Assembly (NCBI GenBank): GCA_963803805.1
Contig: CAWDOD010000009.1
Coordinates: forward strand, 128,001 to 192,000
Length of the DNA stretch: 64,000 nt
Origin: an uncultured cyanobacterium
GTDB lineage: Bacteria > Cyanobacteriota > Cyanobacteriia > Cyanobacteriales > CAWCAG01
Direction of reading: 5' to 3'
Part shown: positions 19,709 through 30,039 of the stretch, piece by piece
How the letters are laid out: every line of letters starts with the position of its first letter
Numbering within the stretch: position 1 is the stretch's first letter
The notes under the pieces: model-generated
What the model was told of the DNA's origin: nothing
The model's input: the letters and a program-made list of their open reading frames with translations, nothing else
Database searches by the model: none
Translations under genes and position numbers: made by a program

Positions 19709-22213
19709 ATGAGAATTGCAAAAATACTCGGTATTTTGGCTGTCACAAGTTCTGTGGCATTAGTAGTAGTTATTGCTAAGACTATATCTATTAATGTCGG
19801 GGAACATTACCGCTACCGCGATGCCTTAATTGCCCAGAAAGAGAAAGACGCTACCTTTAATCAAGATATTCTCAAAGCCAGGTACAAACTACTAGCTTCT
19901 TCTTGGACTTTGAATAAACATTTACAAGAGCAAAAGGAGTTACAAAATAAGCTACTCAAAGTCCCTAGCTTTATTGGTAATAGAGGGAAAATTCGGCTTA
20001 AAAATATCTTAAAAGAAAGAGCAGAAGTTATGGAGGAAAAAGCTCTTTTAGTAAAACAATTTCAAGATAAAAATATTTTACTTAAGAATTCTTTAAAAGA
20101 GCTGCCTATTATTATTGCTGAACTAGAAGAATCTCCTATAACGAATCAAAGTCAACCTTTGCAATTACTTATTGATGACTTATTTTATAAAATTGTCGTT
20201 AACAATTTTAATGTCAATGAAAAACAATATCAGCAAATCGATAATCAACTAAAAACAATCTCTGGTTTGAAAGGTCGCTATCCTGAGAAAGAAAATGAGT
20301 TAATTACATCTGCTATCGATTATAGTCGAATCATCCTCACCAATACGCCTCAAGTTAACCAACTAACCACAGAGATTCTGGATCTTCCCACTGCCCAGTT
20401 AAGTGAAGAATTAGAAATAAACTACAGCAATTATTATCAAAAAGCTATACAAACCAATGATATTCTTAGTTTAGTTGCTTATGTTTTATCCTTAATTATT
20501 ATGGGTTGTTTGGCTTATATTGTCATAGATAAATTAGTTCAAGCCAATCGTAAAACCATTAACATTCTAGAAACTATTACCGATGCTTTTATCGCTTTAG
20601 ATTCCCATTGGAATATCACCTATCTTAATCACCAAGCCACCCAACTTTTATCTCAAGAAACAGTAGCTTTAACAGGTCATAGTTTTTGGCAAGTCTTTCC
20701 AGAAGCAGCAGAACCATCCTTTAAAAAAAAGTATTACAAAGCAGTTAAAAAAAGTGAATTTGTCACCTTTGAGCAGTATTTTGCTTCCCTCCAACAATGG
20801 CTAGAGGTACGGGCTTATCCTCGCAAAGATGGGTTATCAGTTTTCTTAAGCAATATCACTAAACGCAAAGAAGCTGAAGCAGCTTTAAAAAAATTCAATG
20901 AAGAATTAGAAATTAGAGTGGAAAAACGTACGGCTCAACTTGCTCACGCCCACGAAGAAATAGTTGAGTTGTACCAATATTTAAAAGAAGAAAATGAGCG
21001 TTTGACAGAAGTAGACAAACTCAAAACAGACTTTATTTCTACAGTTTCCCATGAACTAAGAACCCCCCTAACTTCTGTATTAGGTTTTACTAAACTAATT
21101 CAAAAAAAACTAGAAGAAGTTATTTTCCCTGCTACTAATATTGAAGAGAAAAAAATTACCAGAGCCGTTAAACAGGTGAAAAGTAATCTCAGTATTATCA
21201 TTTCTGAAGGAGAAAGACTGACTGCCTTAATTAATGATGTTTTAGATTTGGCTAAAATGGAAGCAGGCAAAGTTGAGTGGAAGGAAGAAAGCATCAACAT
21301 TAAAACTATTTCTCAAAGAGCGATCGCCGCTACTTCAGCACTTTTTGAACAAAAAGATTTACAAATTATTGAAGAAATTGACCCTAAACTACCCGAAGTT
21401 GTTGGTGATCGTGATCGCTTAATTCAAGTTATTATTAATTTACTTTCTAATGCGATTAAATTCACAGATCAAGGTTCGGTAACTTGCCAAGCTGAGCAAC
21501 AAGAGGGAAAGATAATTGTTCGGGTTATAGATACAGGAACAGGAATTGCCTTAGAACATCAAGATAAAGTCTTTCAACGCTTCCAACAGTTAGGAGATAC
21601 CTTAACCGACAAACCCCAAGGAACAGGTTTAGGATTGCCTATTTGCAAACAAATAATTGAACATCACGGAGGTAAAATTTGGTTAAAAAGTGAGCTAGGT
21701 AAAGGGAGTACTTTTGGGTTTTCTTTACCAATTTCTGCCCATAAACCTGCCCCTTCTCAAGAAGTAGATCTAGACAACCTCGTGGCCAAATTAACTTGTT
21801 CTATAAAGCCAAAGTCAACTCAAGAAAAATCGACTCCTAAGACAATTCTTGTCGTAGATGATGACCCTAATATTCGCCAACTTCTTACTCAACAACTGGA
21901 ACCACAAGATTATATTGTTTGGCAAGCTGAAGATGGTTGGCAGGCAATTAATCAGGTTAAAAAGAAGAAGCCTAACTTGATTATCATGGATGTTATGATG
22001 CCGCAAATGAATGGTATGGATGCAGCAGCCGTATTGAAAAATGACCCGCTCTTTGTTGATATTCCTATTATTATTCTTTCTATTGTTGAACAGAAAGAAC
22101 GAGGTTATAAAATAGGCGTAGACAGTTATTTGAATAAACCCATTAACGCCGAAGAACTTTTAAAAGAAATTGATCTTCTTCTGACCAAGAAAATGCTCAT
22201 AAAGAAGTTTTAG
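19709..22213 (+). CDS. Hybrid histidine kinase (DAHL-like periplasmic sensor, PAS, HisKA, HATPase, receiver)
   Basis: Two TM helices, PAS (ITDAFIALD..W), SHELRTPL, GTGLGL, receiver VVDDD...MDVMMP...KP. Confidence 0.92.
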   Translation: MRIAKILGILAVTSSVALVVVIAKTISINVGEHYRYRDALIAQKEKDATFNQDILKARYKLLASSWTLNKHLQEQKELQNKLLKVPSFIGNRGKIRLKNILKERAEVMEEKALLVKQFQDKNILLKNSLKELPIIIAELEESPITNQSQPLQLLIDDLFYKIVVNNFNVNEKQYQQIDNQLKTISGLKGRYPEKENELITSAIDYSRIILTNTPQVNQLTTEILDLPTAQLSEELEINYSNYYQKAIQTNDILSLVAYVLSLIIMGCLAYIVIDKLVQANRKTINILETITDAFIALDSHWNITYLNHQATQLLSQETVALTGHSFWQVFPEAAEPSFKKKYYKAVKKSEFVTFEQYFASLQQWLEVRAYPRKDGLSVFLSNITKRKEAEAALKKFNEELEIRVEKRTAQLAHAHEEIVELYQYLKEENERLTEVDKLKTDFISTVSHELRTPLTSVLGFTKLIQKKLEEVIFPATNIEEKKITRAVKQVKSNLSIIISEGERLTALINDVLDLAKMEAGKVEWKEESINIKTISQRAIAATSALFEQKDLQIIEEIDPKLPEVVGDRDRLIQVIINLLSNAIKFTDQGSVTCQAEQQEGKIIVRVIDTGTGIALEHQDKVFQRFQQLGDTLTDKPQGTGLGLPICKQIIEHHGGKIWLKSELGKGSTFGFSLPISAHKPAPSQEVDLDNLVAKLTCSIKPKSTQEKSTPKTILVVDDDPNIRQLLTQQLEPQDYIVWQAEDGWQAINQVKKKKPNLIIMDVMMPQMNGMDAAAVLKNDPLFVDIPIIILSIVEQKERGYKIGVDSYLNKPINAEELLKEIDLLLTKKMLIKKF

Positions 22214-22443
22214 TTATCGATAAAGATAAAAATACCGTTAAGATTCTCACCCAGATATTGCAAGGACGGGGTTACAAAATAGTAGAAGCTTTGAGCAAGG
22301 AAGAACTAAAACAAAAGATGACTTCCTCACCCTCCTACATACCAATGGATCTGCATTCTGAAACAGTCCAGAGTTTACGTTTTGAAAAAGGATTAAAAAA
22401 AGTCGTTTTTATTTTCCTGACAGATAAAAACAACTCTCCTTGA
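22174..22443 (+). pseudogene. Out-of-frame C-terminal receiver-like segment of the upstream kinase
   Basis: The -1 frame is open from 22174 and reads DQENAHKEVLVIDKDKNTVKILTQILQGRGYKIVEA, overlapping the kinase stop. Confidence 0.65.
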
Positions 22444-22541
22444 TTTTTAGTAAGACTCACCGCAAGGAGGATGATATCTCAGTAACTAATCGGCTTAAAT
22501 TTACGAGGTTCTTAATAATGGCTGTTAACTAGGGGGAATAA

Positions 22542-23975
22542 TTGATTAGCAGGCAAGGGAAAGCAAACAGTTTCAAACTTAAGCGACTGTTAACTAAAAA
22601 AGAAGTTCGGCAGGCGATACTTCAAGTTATAGAAATTATAACCACTCCAATCAGTATTAGAAATGCTGAAGGTGATTTAATTATTGGAGAAGATTTAGAG
22701 TATTCTTTATATAAATACCCCATTATCATTGAAGAAGAACTTTTAGGTTGGGTAATAGGCAAAGAAGATATTAGTTTCTTAGCCAATTTACTTACTTGTT
22801 TTGCTCGTCAAGAAGTAGAAAAGAAAGCTTTAGCCAGGGAAACCTTAGATCGGTACAAAGAATTAAATTTAGTCTATAAACTTTCTGAAAAACTTTCTGC
22901 TAGTTTGGAACTTAAAGACATAGCTGAGTTGGTACTAGAAGAAGCCATGACAATTATCAAAGCAACAAGTGGCTCAGTTATGTTACTAAATCCCCAAACC
23001 CAGAAGCTAGAAATAATTGCCACAGCGGGAGATAAATCTTTTTTAAAAACTAATATTCAATTAGGAGAAGGTATCGCCGGTTATGTCGCCAAAACCGGTA
23101 AAGCTGAAATTGTCAATGATGTTTTCGCTGACTCTCGCTATCTTCCTTACCATAACGAAACAGCTTCTTTAATTTGCGCCCCCTTAAAAGCTAAAGATTT
23201 ACCTATTGGGACAATTAATCTTTGTAGCAATCAAAATATTCAATACACAGCAGCAGAGTTAAAATTACTTACTGCTATTTCTTCCCAAGCTGCCACGGCT
23301 ATTGAAAATGCCCTTTTACATGAAAATAAGCTCAAAGAAGATCGAATTAAAAATAACTTGGAACGCTATGTTGCTTCTCAAGTAGTTGAAGCAATTTTGT
23401 TAGATAAAGAAGTAATTAGCCTCGAACCCAATAAAAAAAATGTTTCTATTTTATTCTCTGATATTAGAAACTTTACTGGCAAATGTGAAGAACTAGCCCC
23501 AGAAAGAATAGTTGCTTATTTGAATGAATATTTTACCCACATGGTAGATGTAATTTTTGACCATCAAGGCACAGTTAATAAACTAGTCGGGGATATGATT
23601 GTCGCCTTTTTTGGCGCTCCTTCTAGCACCCTCAACACAGAACAAAAAGCGATCGCCACAGCCATTGATATGCAAAAACGCATCCAAACCATACCCGAAG
23701 TCTGGATTAGAAAAAACTTTCCCACCGGAATTGGTATTAGCTCTGGTAAAGTAGTAGTAGGTAATATTGGTTCTCCTAAGCATATGGACTATACTGCCAT
23801 TGGCGATGAAGTAAACATTGCTTCTCGGTTGCAATCTTTAGCAAAAGGAGGACAAATTTTAGTTAGCCGTAGCATTTACGAAGTAACTAAAGATACTTTT
23901 GATTTCAAGGATTTTGGCATAGTTAATGTGAAGGGCAAAAAAAATGCCATAGAAGTATTTGAAGTTTTATACTAA
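22542..23975 (+). CDS. GAF-domain class III adenylate/guanylate cyclase
   Basis: ILFSDIRNFT, NKLVGDMIVAFFG, DYTAIGDEVNIASRLQ, VKGK; Lys/Thr specificity residues suggest ATP as substrate. Confidence 0.92.
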   Translation: MISRQGKANSFKLKRLLTKKEVRQAILQVIEIITTPISIRNAEGDLIIGEDLEYSLYKYPIIIEEELLGWVIGKEDISFLANLLTCFARQEVEKKALARETLDRYKELNLVYKLSEKLSASLELKDIAELVLEEAMTIIKATSGSVMLLNPQTQKLEIIATAGDKSFLKTNIQLGEGIAGYVAKTGKAEIVNDVFADSRYLPYHNETASLICAPLKAKDLPIGTINLCSNQNIQYTAAELKLLTAISSQAATAIENALLHENKLKEDRIKNNLERYVASQVVEAILLDKEVISLEPNKKNVSILFSDIRNFTGKCEELAPERIVAYLNEYFTHMVDVIFDHQGTVNKLVGDMIVAFFGAPSSTLNTEQKAIATAIDMQKRIQTIPEVWIRKNFPTGIGISSGKVVVGNIGSPKHMDYTAIGDEVNIASRLQSLAKGGQILVSRSIYEVTKDTFDFKDFGIVNVKGKKNAIEVFEVLY

Positions 23976-24000
23976 CTCAGTTGCCACCGGAGCCATAGAT

Positions 24001-24381
24001 ATGGAGCGAAAAATATTAATTGCTGATGACGAACCCCATATCAGGTTACTCCTAGAACAAACCTTAGAAGAATTAGAAGATGAAGGTGTTGAGTTACTCA
24101 TGGCTAGTAACGGGGAAGAAGCTTTAGATAGAATCAAAACCGAACTTCCTCAACTAGTTTTTTTAGATGTCATGATGCCGAAAATGAATGGTTTTGATGT
24201 TTGCCAAAAAGTAAAGAAAGAGTGGCAATTAAAAGGCATTTATATCATCATGCTCACAGCAAAAGGACAGGAATTCGACAAGAAAAAAGGTCAAGAAGTT
24301 GGCGCAGATTTATATATGACTAAACCTTTTGATCCCGATGAAGTTCTGGATAAGTCATGGCAAATTATTGGCTCCAAGTAA
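24001..24381 (+). CDS. Single-domain response regulator
   Basis: ATG at 24001; ILIADDE, FLDVMMP, MLTAKG, KPF. Confidence 0.92.
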   Translation: MERKILIADDEPHIRLLLEQTLEELEDEGVELLMASNGEEALDRIKTELPQLVFLDVMMPKMNGFDVCQKVKKEWQLKGIYIIMLTAKGQEFDKKKGQEVGADLYMTKPFDPDEVLDKSWQIIGSK

Positions 24382-24585
24382 AGTAAAGACGAGGTTTTTA
24401 ACCTAAAGTTCCCAAAACAAAAAACAAAATCAACAGCCATCTTTTTTTTGCGTATAAACTCTTTCAAAACAAAAATTTCCACCACAAAAAATTCCTACTT
24501 GCGTAGTTGTAAGGAAATCCCTTGGCATTGGTACAAAAATATCTAGACTGGGCAAAATGCAGGATAAGATAAAAACTTAGGTGTT

Positions 24586-26412
24586 TTGAGGAGTTTAGAT
24601 ATTGTGAAGTTAAGATCCTATTTTTTCCTGCCTAGTTCTTCTATTCTGTTATTAACAGTTTTAGGTTTAATGGGGGGCAACTCTGCCCAAGCGGTAGATA
24701 TTTCTGAAGAAATCATCTTGGAAGAAGACTTGTTAGAATCAGCACAAGAGTCGCAATTCTTAGTCCAAGACTTGGCTAATCCCGAATTTGATTCAGACCC
24801 TTCTTTACCTCTAGAAACAGAAATTAAGCCCACTGATCTAGAAGTTGAAGGTAGCAAAGAACAAGAAATTCTTGATCAAATTCAAATTTATAACAACGAA
24901 GAAATCCCCCTAGAACAAGTAACCAGCGTTAACCAATTAAGCGATATTGACCCTTTTTGGTTTGAAGCCGTACAAAAAATGGTTGATAAATATGGCTGCA
25001 TCGTTGGTTATCCCGATGGCACATTTAAGGGGCAACGTAACATCACCCGCTACGAATTTGCTGCGGCTTTGAGTCGTTGCATGGAATACTTTGAAAGCAA
25101 CTTACCAAGCTTTGAGGGTTCAGATGGCAACACTTACCAAAGATTAGTAGAAGAATTTGCTACCGAACTTGCGGTATTGCGGGGCAAAGTAGACGCAGTA
25201 GAAGCCCGCCTCATTGACATAGAAGCCACTCAATTTTCCACCACCACCAAACTCTTTGGTCAAAGCGTTTTTGGTGTCCAAGGGAGAACAGAGAATTCTT
25301 TCCGACAGTTTAGCTTCCCCAATGAGGATCAAAATACTAACGTTAATTTCATCAACACCACTAACCTTAGTTTAATCACCCAATTCGACCCCCGTAGTAT
25401 TCTCTTATTAGGTTTAGTAGCCGGAAATGGTAGCACTACTTCCACTCCCCCAGCTTTAACCAACTTTACTAGCCTTGCCTATGAAGGCAACACTGGCAAC
25501 AATAACGTTGTAGTTAGCGATCTCAACTTCCGCCATCTGCTTACAGATCGCTTAGCAGTAATTTTTGGCCCTACTGCTGTTAACCCTGTCAACGTTTTTC
25601 GGGGAGTAAATCGTATTGAAAGTGCTGGGCAAGGTTCCATTTCTCGCTTTGCCCAACGTAACCCTATAATTAGCATTGGTAGTGGTAGTGCCGGGGTTGG
25701 TGTTGACTGGCAAATCAGCGATAAATTTAATCTGCAAGCTGTTTACTCCGCCAGTACTGGCAACAATCCCAACACAGGTTTATTTGGTGGGGAAAACGGG
25801 GAAACTTCTGCTGGTGTGCAATTGGGAGTTTCTCCCACTGAAAATATTGATCTTTCCTTACAATACATCAACGCCTACTCTCCCTTTGGGCGTTTAGGTA
25901 CAGGCATAGGAGACGACCAATTAGCCCTTCTTTCTCCTAATGTTGGCACAGGACTTTTAAGAGCGCCAATTAACACCGATGCTTTTGGTGCTAACGTAGA
26001 CTGGCGTATCAATGAAAAATTTACCGTTGGTGGTTGGGCTGGCTTCACTAACTCTGATTTTGTCAGTAGTTCAGGAAGTGTAGAAACCTTCAACTGGATG
26101 GGCTACCTCAACGTTTATGACCTCTTAAATGAAGGGGACTTAGCAGGTTTATACATCGGTCAGCCCCCGAAAATCACCAGTAGCGATTTACCTATAGGTC
26201 GCAATATCCCCAGTTTTATTAACGAGGGTAACGTTTTTGCCGCCCCAGGAGATCAACCAGGAACTACCACTCACATCGAATTATTTTATCGTTGGCAGGT
26301 TTCCGACAACATCAGCATTACCCCTGGTGCAATTTATTTAATTGATCCAGGCCACAATTCGGAAAATGACAATATATTCATCGGTGCGATACGGACAACT
26401 TTCAGTTTCTAA
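24586..26412 (+). CDS. Cyanobacterial outer-membrane porin (SLH + OprB type)
   Basis: SLH YGCIVGYPDGTF..TRYEFAA, QFSTTTKL, C-terminal RTTFSF; exact start uncertain. Confidence 0.93.
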   Translation: MRSLDIVKLRSYFFLPSSSILLLTVLGLMGGNSAQAVDISEEIILEEDLLESAQESQFLVQDLANPEFDSDPSLPLETEIKPTDLEVEGSKEQEILDQIQIYNNEEIPLEQVTSVNQLSDIDPFWFEAVQKMVDKYGCIVGYPDGTFKGQRNITRYEFAAALSRCMEYFESNLPSFEGSDGNTYQRLVEEFATELAVLRGKVDAVEARLIDIEATQFSTTTKLFGQSVFGVQGRTENSFRQFSFPNEDQNTNVNFINTTNLSLITQFDPRSILLLGLVAGNGSTTSTPPALTNFTSLAYEGNTGNNNVVVSDLNFRHLLTDRLAVIFGPTAVNPVNVFRGVNRIESAGQGSISRFAQRNPIISIGSGSAGVGVDWQISDKFNLQAVYSASTGNNPNTGLFGGENGETSAGVQLGVSPTENIDLSLQYINAYSPFGRLGTGIGDDQLALLSPNVGTGLLRAPINTDAFGANVDWRINEKFTVGGWAGFTNSDFVSSSGSVETFNWMGYLNVYDLLNEGDLAGLYIGQPPKITSSDLPIGRNIPSFINEGNVFAAPGDQPGTTTHIELFYRWQVSDNISITPGAIYLIDPGHNSENDNIFIGAIRTTFSF

Positions 26413-26713
26413 ATGAAGCAAAAACAAAGTTAAGTATTTTTACCAAAAATCAGTTTTGTTGGGAACATACCCTTAAGTAAAAGTGTCATCTACCCCATCA
26501 AGACTGATTTGAAAAAGGTAGATTTTATAGCCCAGAGAAGATTTAGATATTTCTTCCCACATATAAATACCCAGCTTTCAATAGCACATCGGGATAAATT
26601 CTCCTAATTCTTTAATCAACAAATTTTCCCATTCCTGATTAAGCTAATCTTTGCCAAATTAGCGCCCTCAACCCACTAACAAAACATATTTACCCTGAAG
26701 GAGTAGCAAAATT

Positions 26714-29158
26714 ATGAAGAAGAAATCCGCCCTTTGTTTAGGTTTAGCAGGAGGTTTAGCATTAGGTTTAACTCCAGCAGTCCAAGCCCAAATTGATGTC
26801 ACAGGAGGTACAGCTTCAGGTCAAGCCGGGTTTTTTATCCCTACTTCCGGTGATATCCAACTCTTCGATATTGGTATTAATCAATTACAGTTAGATACTA
26901 CTAACGGTTCTACTAGTAGTGCAGTTTTCATCCCTAATGCTGCTGATTTTACTGGCACAGGGTCAACTCCAGTAGGAGGTAGCGGTACTCTATTAGGAAC
27001 CCTTTCTGGAGTTGCTTTCACTTCTAATGGTAGTGTTGTACCTTTTTCAGGGGTGGAAAGTAGCTTAAAGTTTAATGTTGATAGCTTCACTGCCAACCTC
27101 GCTACAATTACTGGAAGCTTGCTTGATCCTGATGACACCGATGCACCTTTGGTATTTCTCCCTGGAGTTAGCGGCGTTTCTGGGACAGGGTTTACCCCTT
27201 CTGATGGGGATTTAGAAATAGGAGACTTTACCGCTAGTTTAACTGGCGGTGCGATCGCCCTTTCTTCTGACTTAGAATTTCGAGAGAGTAGTAATGCTAC
27301 CCAAGTCACTCCTCTTTTAGTAGGCAGAAGAATTAAGTATAAGTTTGAAGGAGAAAACGTTACTCCTCAAGATGGCACAGACTTAGATCCTAGCGACAAC
27401 GAAGTGCGTTTTGTGGGTGAAACTAACAAAAAATTCCAAATTCAAAGCGTAGGTACTCGCGGATCGAGTGAGTTCAAATTTAAAGGTAAAATTGGTGCAG
27501 TTGATATTATTGTTAGTGATCCTGATGGCTTTGAGATTAAAAAGCAAGACGGCACAATTGATATTACTCAACCCCTAGACAAATTTAAAATTGATGGGGA
27601 AAGCACTGGTATCACTGCCCTATTTGCTGCTGACGGTCTTGCTTTCAGTGGCGTTTCTGACCGCAAGGATACAAAGCTAGACTTTACACAAGGTAGCAAC
27701 AGATTAGAACTAGAGACAGATGGTAAAAACGGTTTAGTAGACTTCTATGCCTTGGGGGGAGTTAGTAGTTTCAAGCGTGAAAATATTACCACTGGCTATC
27801 AAGTTTATAACATTAGTGGTGATGCCAATGCTGGGTTCGTTTGTAACACTTGTGATGTAACAATTGTTAATGGAGTTAAAATCAGCACTGCTTTCCTTTT
27901 TGATTTAAACAGCACCAATTTTCTCTTCGTTGATGCCAGTACCAACAATCTCAACGATGATGATGATGATGATGAAAGCAATACATCCGACATCACCTTC
28001 AACTTCTCTGGTTCCGTTAGTTTAGCTAGCAGCAGCATATTTAACTTATCTACTTCTTCTGAAGTTGCTGTCAACCAATACAATATTGTAGCTTCCAGAC
28101 CAGGGCGAGTACTAATCAGAACCGTTAAAAAAGGCGGCGATCGCTATTATATTGCCTCTCGTGCTTCTCGTCGTGGTGTAGCTAGCAGTCAGGTTAACTT
28201 AGTAGCTTACAAGCAAGTAGGCCCTTCTAGCCGTATCTTCCCCGGTTTAATTGGCTTACGGCAAATATCAGAAGAAGAATTAGAGGAACTTGATGTATCT
28301 ACAGAAGAAGATACAACTTCTGAAGACACAACTTCTGAAGACACAACTTCTGAAGACACGGCTTCTGAAGACACAACTTCTGAAGACACAACTTCTGAAG
28401 ACACGGCTTCTGAAGACACAACTTCTGAAGATGAAGTAGCTTCTAATCCTGACGAGACTGACAGTGATGATGAAGATGCTGACAGCGAAGATTCTGAAGA
28501 TGCTGACAGCGAAGATTCTGAAGATGCTGACAGCGAAGATTCTGAAGATGCTGACAGTGATGATTCTGAAGATGCTGACAGTGATGATTCTGAAGATGCT
28601 GACAGTGATGATGAAGATGCTGACAGTGATGATTCTGAAGATGCTGACAGTGATGATTCTGAAGATGCTGACAGCGAAGATTCTGAAGATGCTGACAGCG
28701 AAGATTCTGAAGATGCTGACAGCGAAGATTCTGAAGCTGGTTCTTCCCAAGAAAATCCTGTTATACCCACAAGAATTGCTTCGGGACGTTTCCTCTTCGT
28801 TGCTGTAGCCACTGGACTTTGGTGTGATCCTCCCATGGTAAATGCCTATAGCTATGAAATGACCGAAGGTTCTCTGTTTACTTCTATCAGTGGTTTACCG
28901 GAAGGCATTGATGCTGACAACAAATTTACTGTTTCTGTTGATGGTAAAGTCTTAGGTGAATTTAGCCCTGGGCAAGAAGTTGACTTCAGCGACTATCAAG
29001 GAGTTTTGGGTAACTCCCTCAAAGAGGGCGAAGGTGTAAGCAAATTCACCATTAGTTCTATTAACCCCGCAGTTGATGGCGATGATCCCGTTGCTTTCCC
29101 TGTTAAGTTAGACTTCAACACTGATACAGCTACTTTCGAGATGCAAGCTTTAGAATAA
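26714..29158 (+). CDS. Secreted/surface protein with acidic Asp/Glu/Ser tandem repeats
   Basis: Signal peptide ending AVQA; GGAG RBS; beta-rich N-terminal region; repeat block; C-terminal NPVIP..WCDPP..AFPVKLDF domain. Confidence 0.85.
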   Translation: MKKKSALCLGLAGGLALGLTPAVQAQIDVTGGTASGQAGFFIPTSGDIQLFDIGINQLQLDTTNGSTSSAVFIPNAADFTGTGSTPVGGSGTLLGTLSGVAFTSNGSVVPFSGVESSLKFNVDSFTANLATITGSLLDPDDTDAPLVFLPGVSGVSGTGFTPSDGDLEIGDFTASLTGGAIALSSDLEFRESSNATQVTPLLVGRRIKYKFEGENVTPQDGTDLDPSDNEVRFVGETNKKFQIQSVGTRGSSEFKFKGKIGAVDIIVSDPDGFEIKKQDGTIDITQPLDKFKIDGESTGITALFAADGLAFSGVSDRKDTKLDFTQGSNRLELETDGKNGLVDFYALGGVSSFKRENITTGYQVYNISGDANAGFVCNTCDVTIVNGVKISTAFLFDLNSTNFLFVDASTNNLNDDDDDDESNTSDITFNFSGSVSLASSSIFNLSTSSEVAVNQYNIVASRPGRVLIRTVKKGGDRYYIASRASRRGVASSQVNLVAYKQVGPSSRIFPGLIGLRQISEEELEELDVSTEEDTTSEDTTSEDTTSEDTASEDTTSEDTTSEDTASEDTTSEDEVASNPDETDSDDEDADSEDSEDADSEDSEDADSEDSEDADSDDSEDADSDDSEDADSDDEDADSDDSEDADSDDSEDADSEDSEDADSEDSEDADSEDSEAGSSQENPVIPTRIASGRFLFVAVATGLWCDPPMVNAYSYEMTEGSLFTSISGLPEGIDADNKFTVSVDGKVLGEFSPGQEVDFSDYQGVLGNSLKEGEGVSKFTISSINPAVDGDDPVAFPVKLDFNTDTATFEMQALE
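28307..28426 (+). repeat. 15-bp coding tandem repeat x8 (EDT[T/A]S)
   Basis: GAAGACACAACTTCT units counted directly. Confidence 0.95.
28472..28732 (+). repeat. 24-bp coding tandem repeat x11 (EDADS[E/D]DS; central unit 21 bp)
   Basis: GAAGATGCTGACAG(CGAA/TGAT)GATTCT units counted directly. Confidence 0.95.
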
Positions 29159-29206
29159 GTTAACCTTTTCTAATTAAGCAATAAGCTCAACTCAAGAAGT
29201 GATATG

Positions 29207-29247
29207 GTAGTGGCACAGTAAATTACTGTGCCACTACTTGTTTTTTT
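29207..29247 (+). terminator. Rho-independent terminator
   Basis: GTAGTGGCACAGTAA-A-TTACTGTGCCACTAC plus T-tract. Confidence 0.88.
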
Positions 29248-29307
29248 ATAATCCAAGCTTATACATTAATCATTGTTTAACCTTCCGACTTTTGACTTGT
29301 ATAACAC

Positions 29308-29982
29308 ATGAACGCCCGCATTTTAGTAGTTGAAGATGAAGCCAAATTAGCTCAATTTATTGAGTTAGAACTAAAATATGAAGGCTACGAAGTTCAAGTT
29401 GCCAAGGATGGCTTAACGGGTTTAACCACAGCCAGGGAAACCAACTTCGATTTGATTATTCTCGACTGGATGTTGCCAGGAATATCTGGATTGGAAATTT
29501 GCCGTCGCCTACGCCTCACTGGAGATAAAACTCCCATAATTTTGGTAACAGCTAAAGACGAAGTTAGCGATAGAGTGGCAGGTTTAGATGCGGGGGCAGA
29601 TGATTATGTTGTCAAACCCTTTAGCGTCGAAGAATTATTAGCAAGATTAAGGGCTAGCCTACGACGTACCCAAGAAGAAAACACTGATGTATTACAATTT
29701 TCTGACTTAAAACTTAATCGCAGTACCCGCGAAATATATCGCAGCGATCGCCTCATAGAATTAACAGCTAAAGAATTTGATTTACTCGATTATTTAATTT
29801 CCCATCCTCGCCAAGTCCTTACCCGCGACCAAATTTTAGAAAGGGTTTGGGGTTATGATTTTATGGGAGATTCAAACATTATTGAAGTTTACATTCGCTA
29901 TCTACGCTTGAAGTTGGAAGCAGAAGGAGAAAAACGCTTGATTCAAACCGTAAGAGGGGTTGGGTATGTGCTTAGGGAGTAG
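29308..29982 (+). CDS. OmpR-family response regulator
   Basis: Receiver (VVEDE, LDWMLP, KPF) plus winged helix (VYIRYLR, TVRGVGY). Confidence 0.95.
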   Translation: MNARILVVEDEAKLAQFIELELKYEGYEVQVAKDGLTGLTTARETNFDLIILDWMLPGISGLEICRRLRLTGDKTPIILVTAKDEVSDRVAGLDAGADDYVVKPFSVEELLARLRASLRRTQEENTDVLQFSDLKLNRSTREIYRSDRLIELTAKEFDLLDYLISHPRQVLTRDQILERVWGYDFMGDSNIIEVYIRYLRLKLEAEGEKRLIQTVRGVGYVLRE

Positions 29983-30039
29983 TTTTTTAAAGTAATAAGT
30001 AATAAGTGAAGAACATACTGTTAACAATTTAGCCAATCA

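Noticed and set aside
28307-28732. Possible CRISPR array
   Set aside because: Units are head-to-tail with no unique spacers, are in-frame coding, and no cas genes are present.
28207-28836. Alternative-frame and antisense ORFs 28207-28836, 28280-28750, 28464-28808
   Set aside because: Stop-free by-products of the tandem repeats inside the real 26714-29158 gene.
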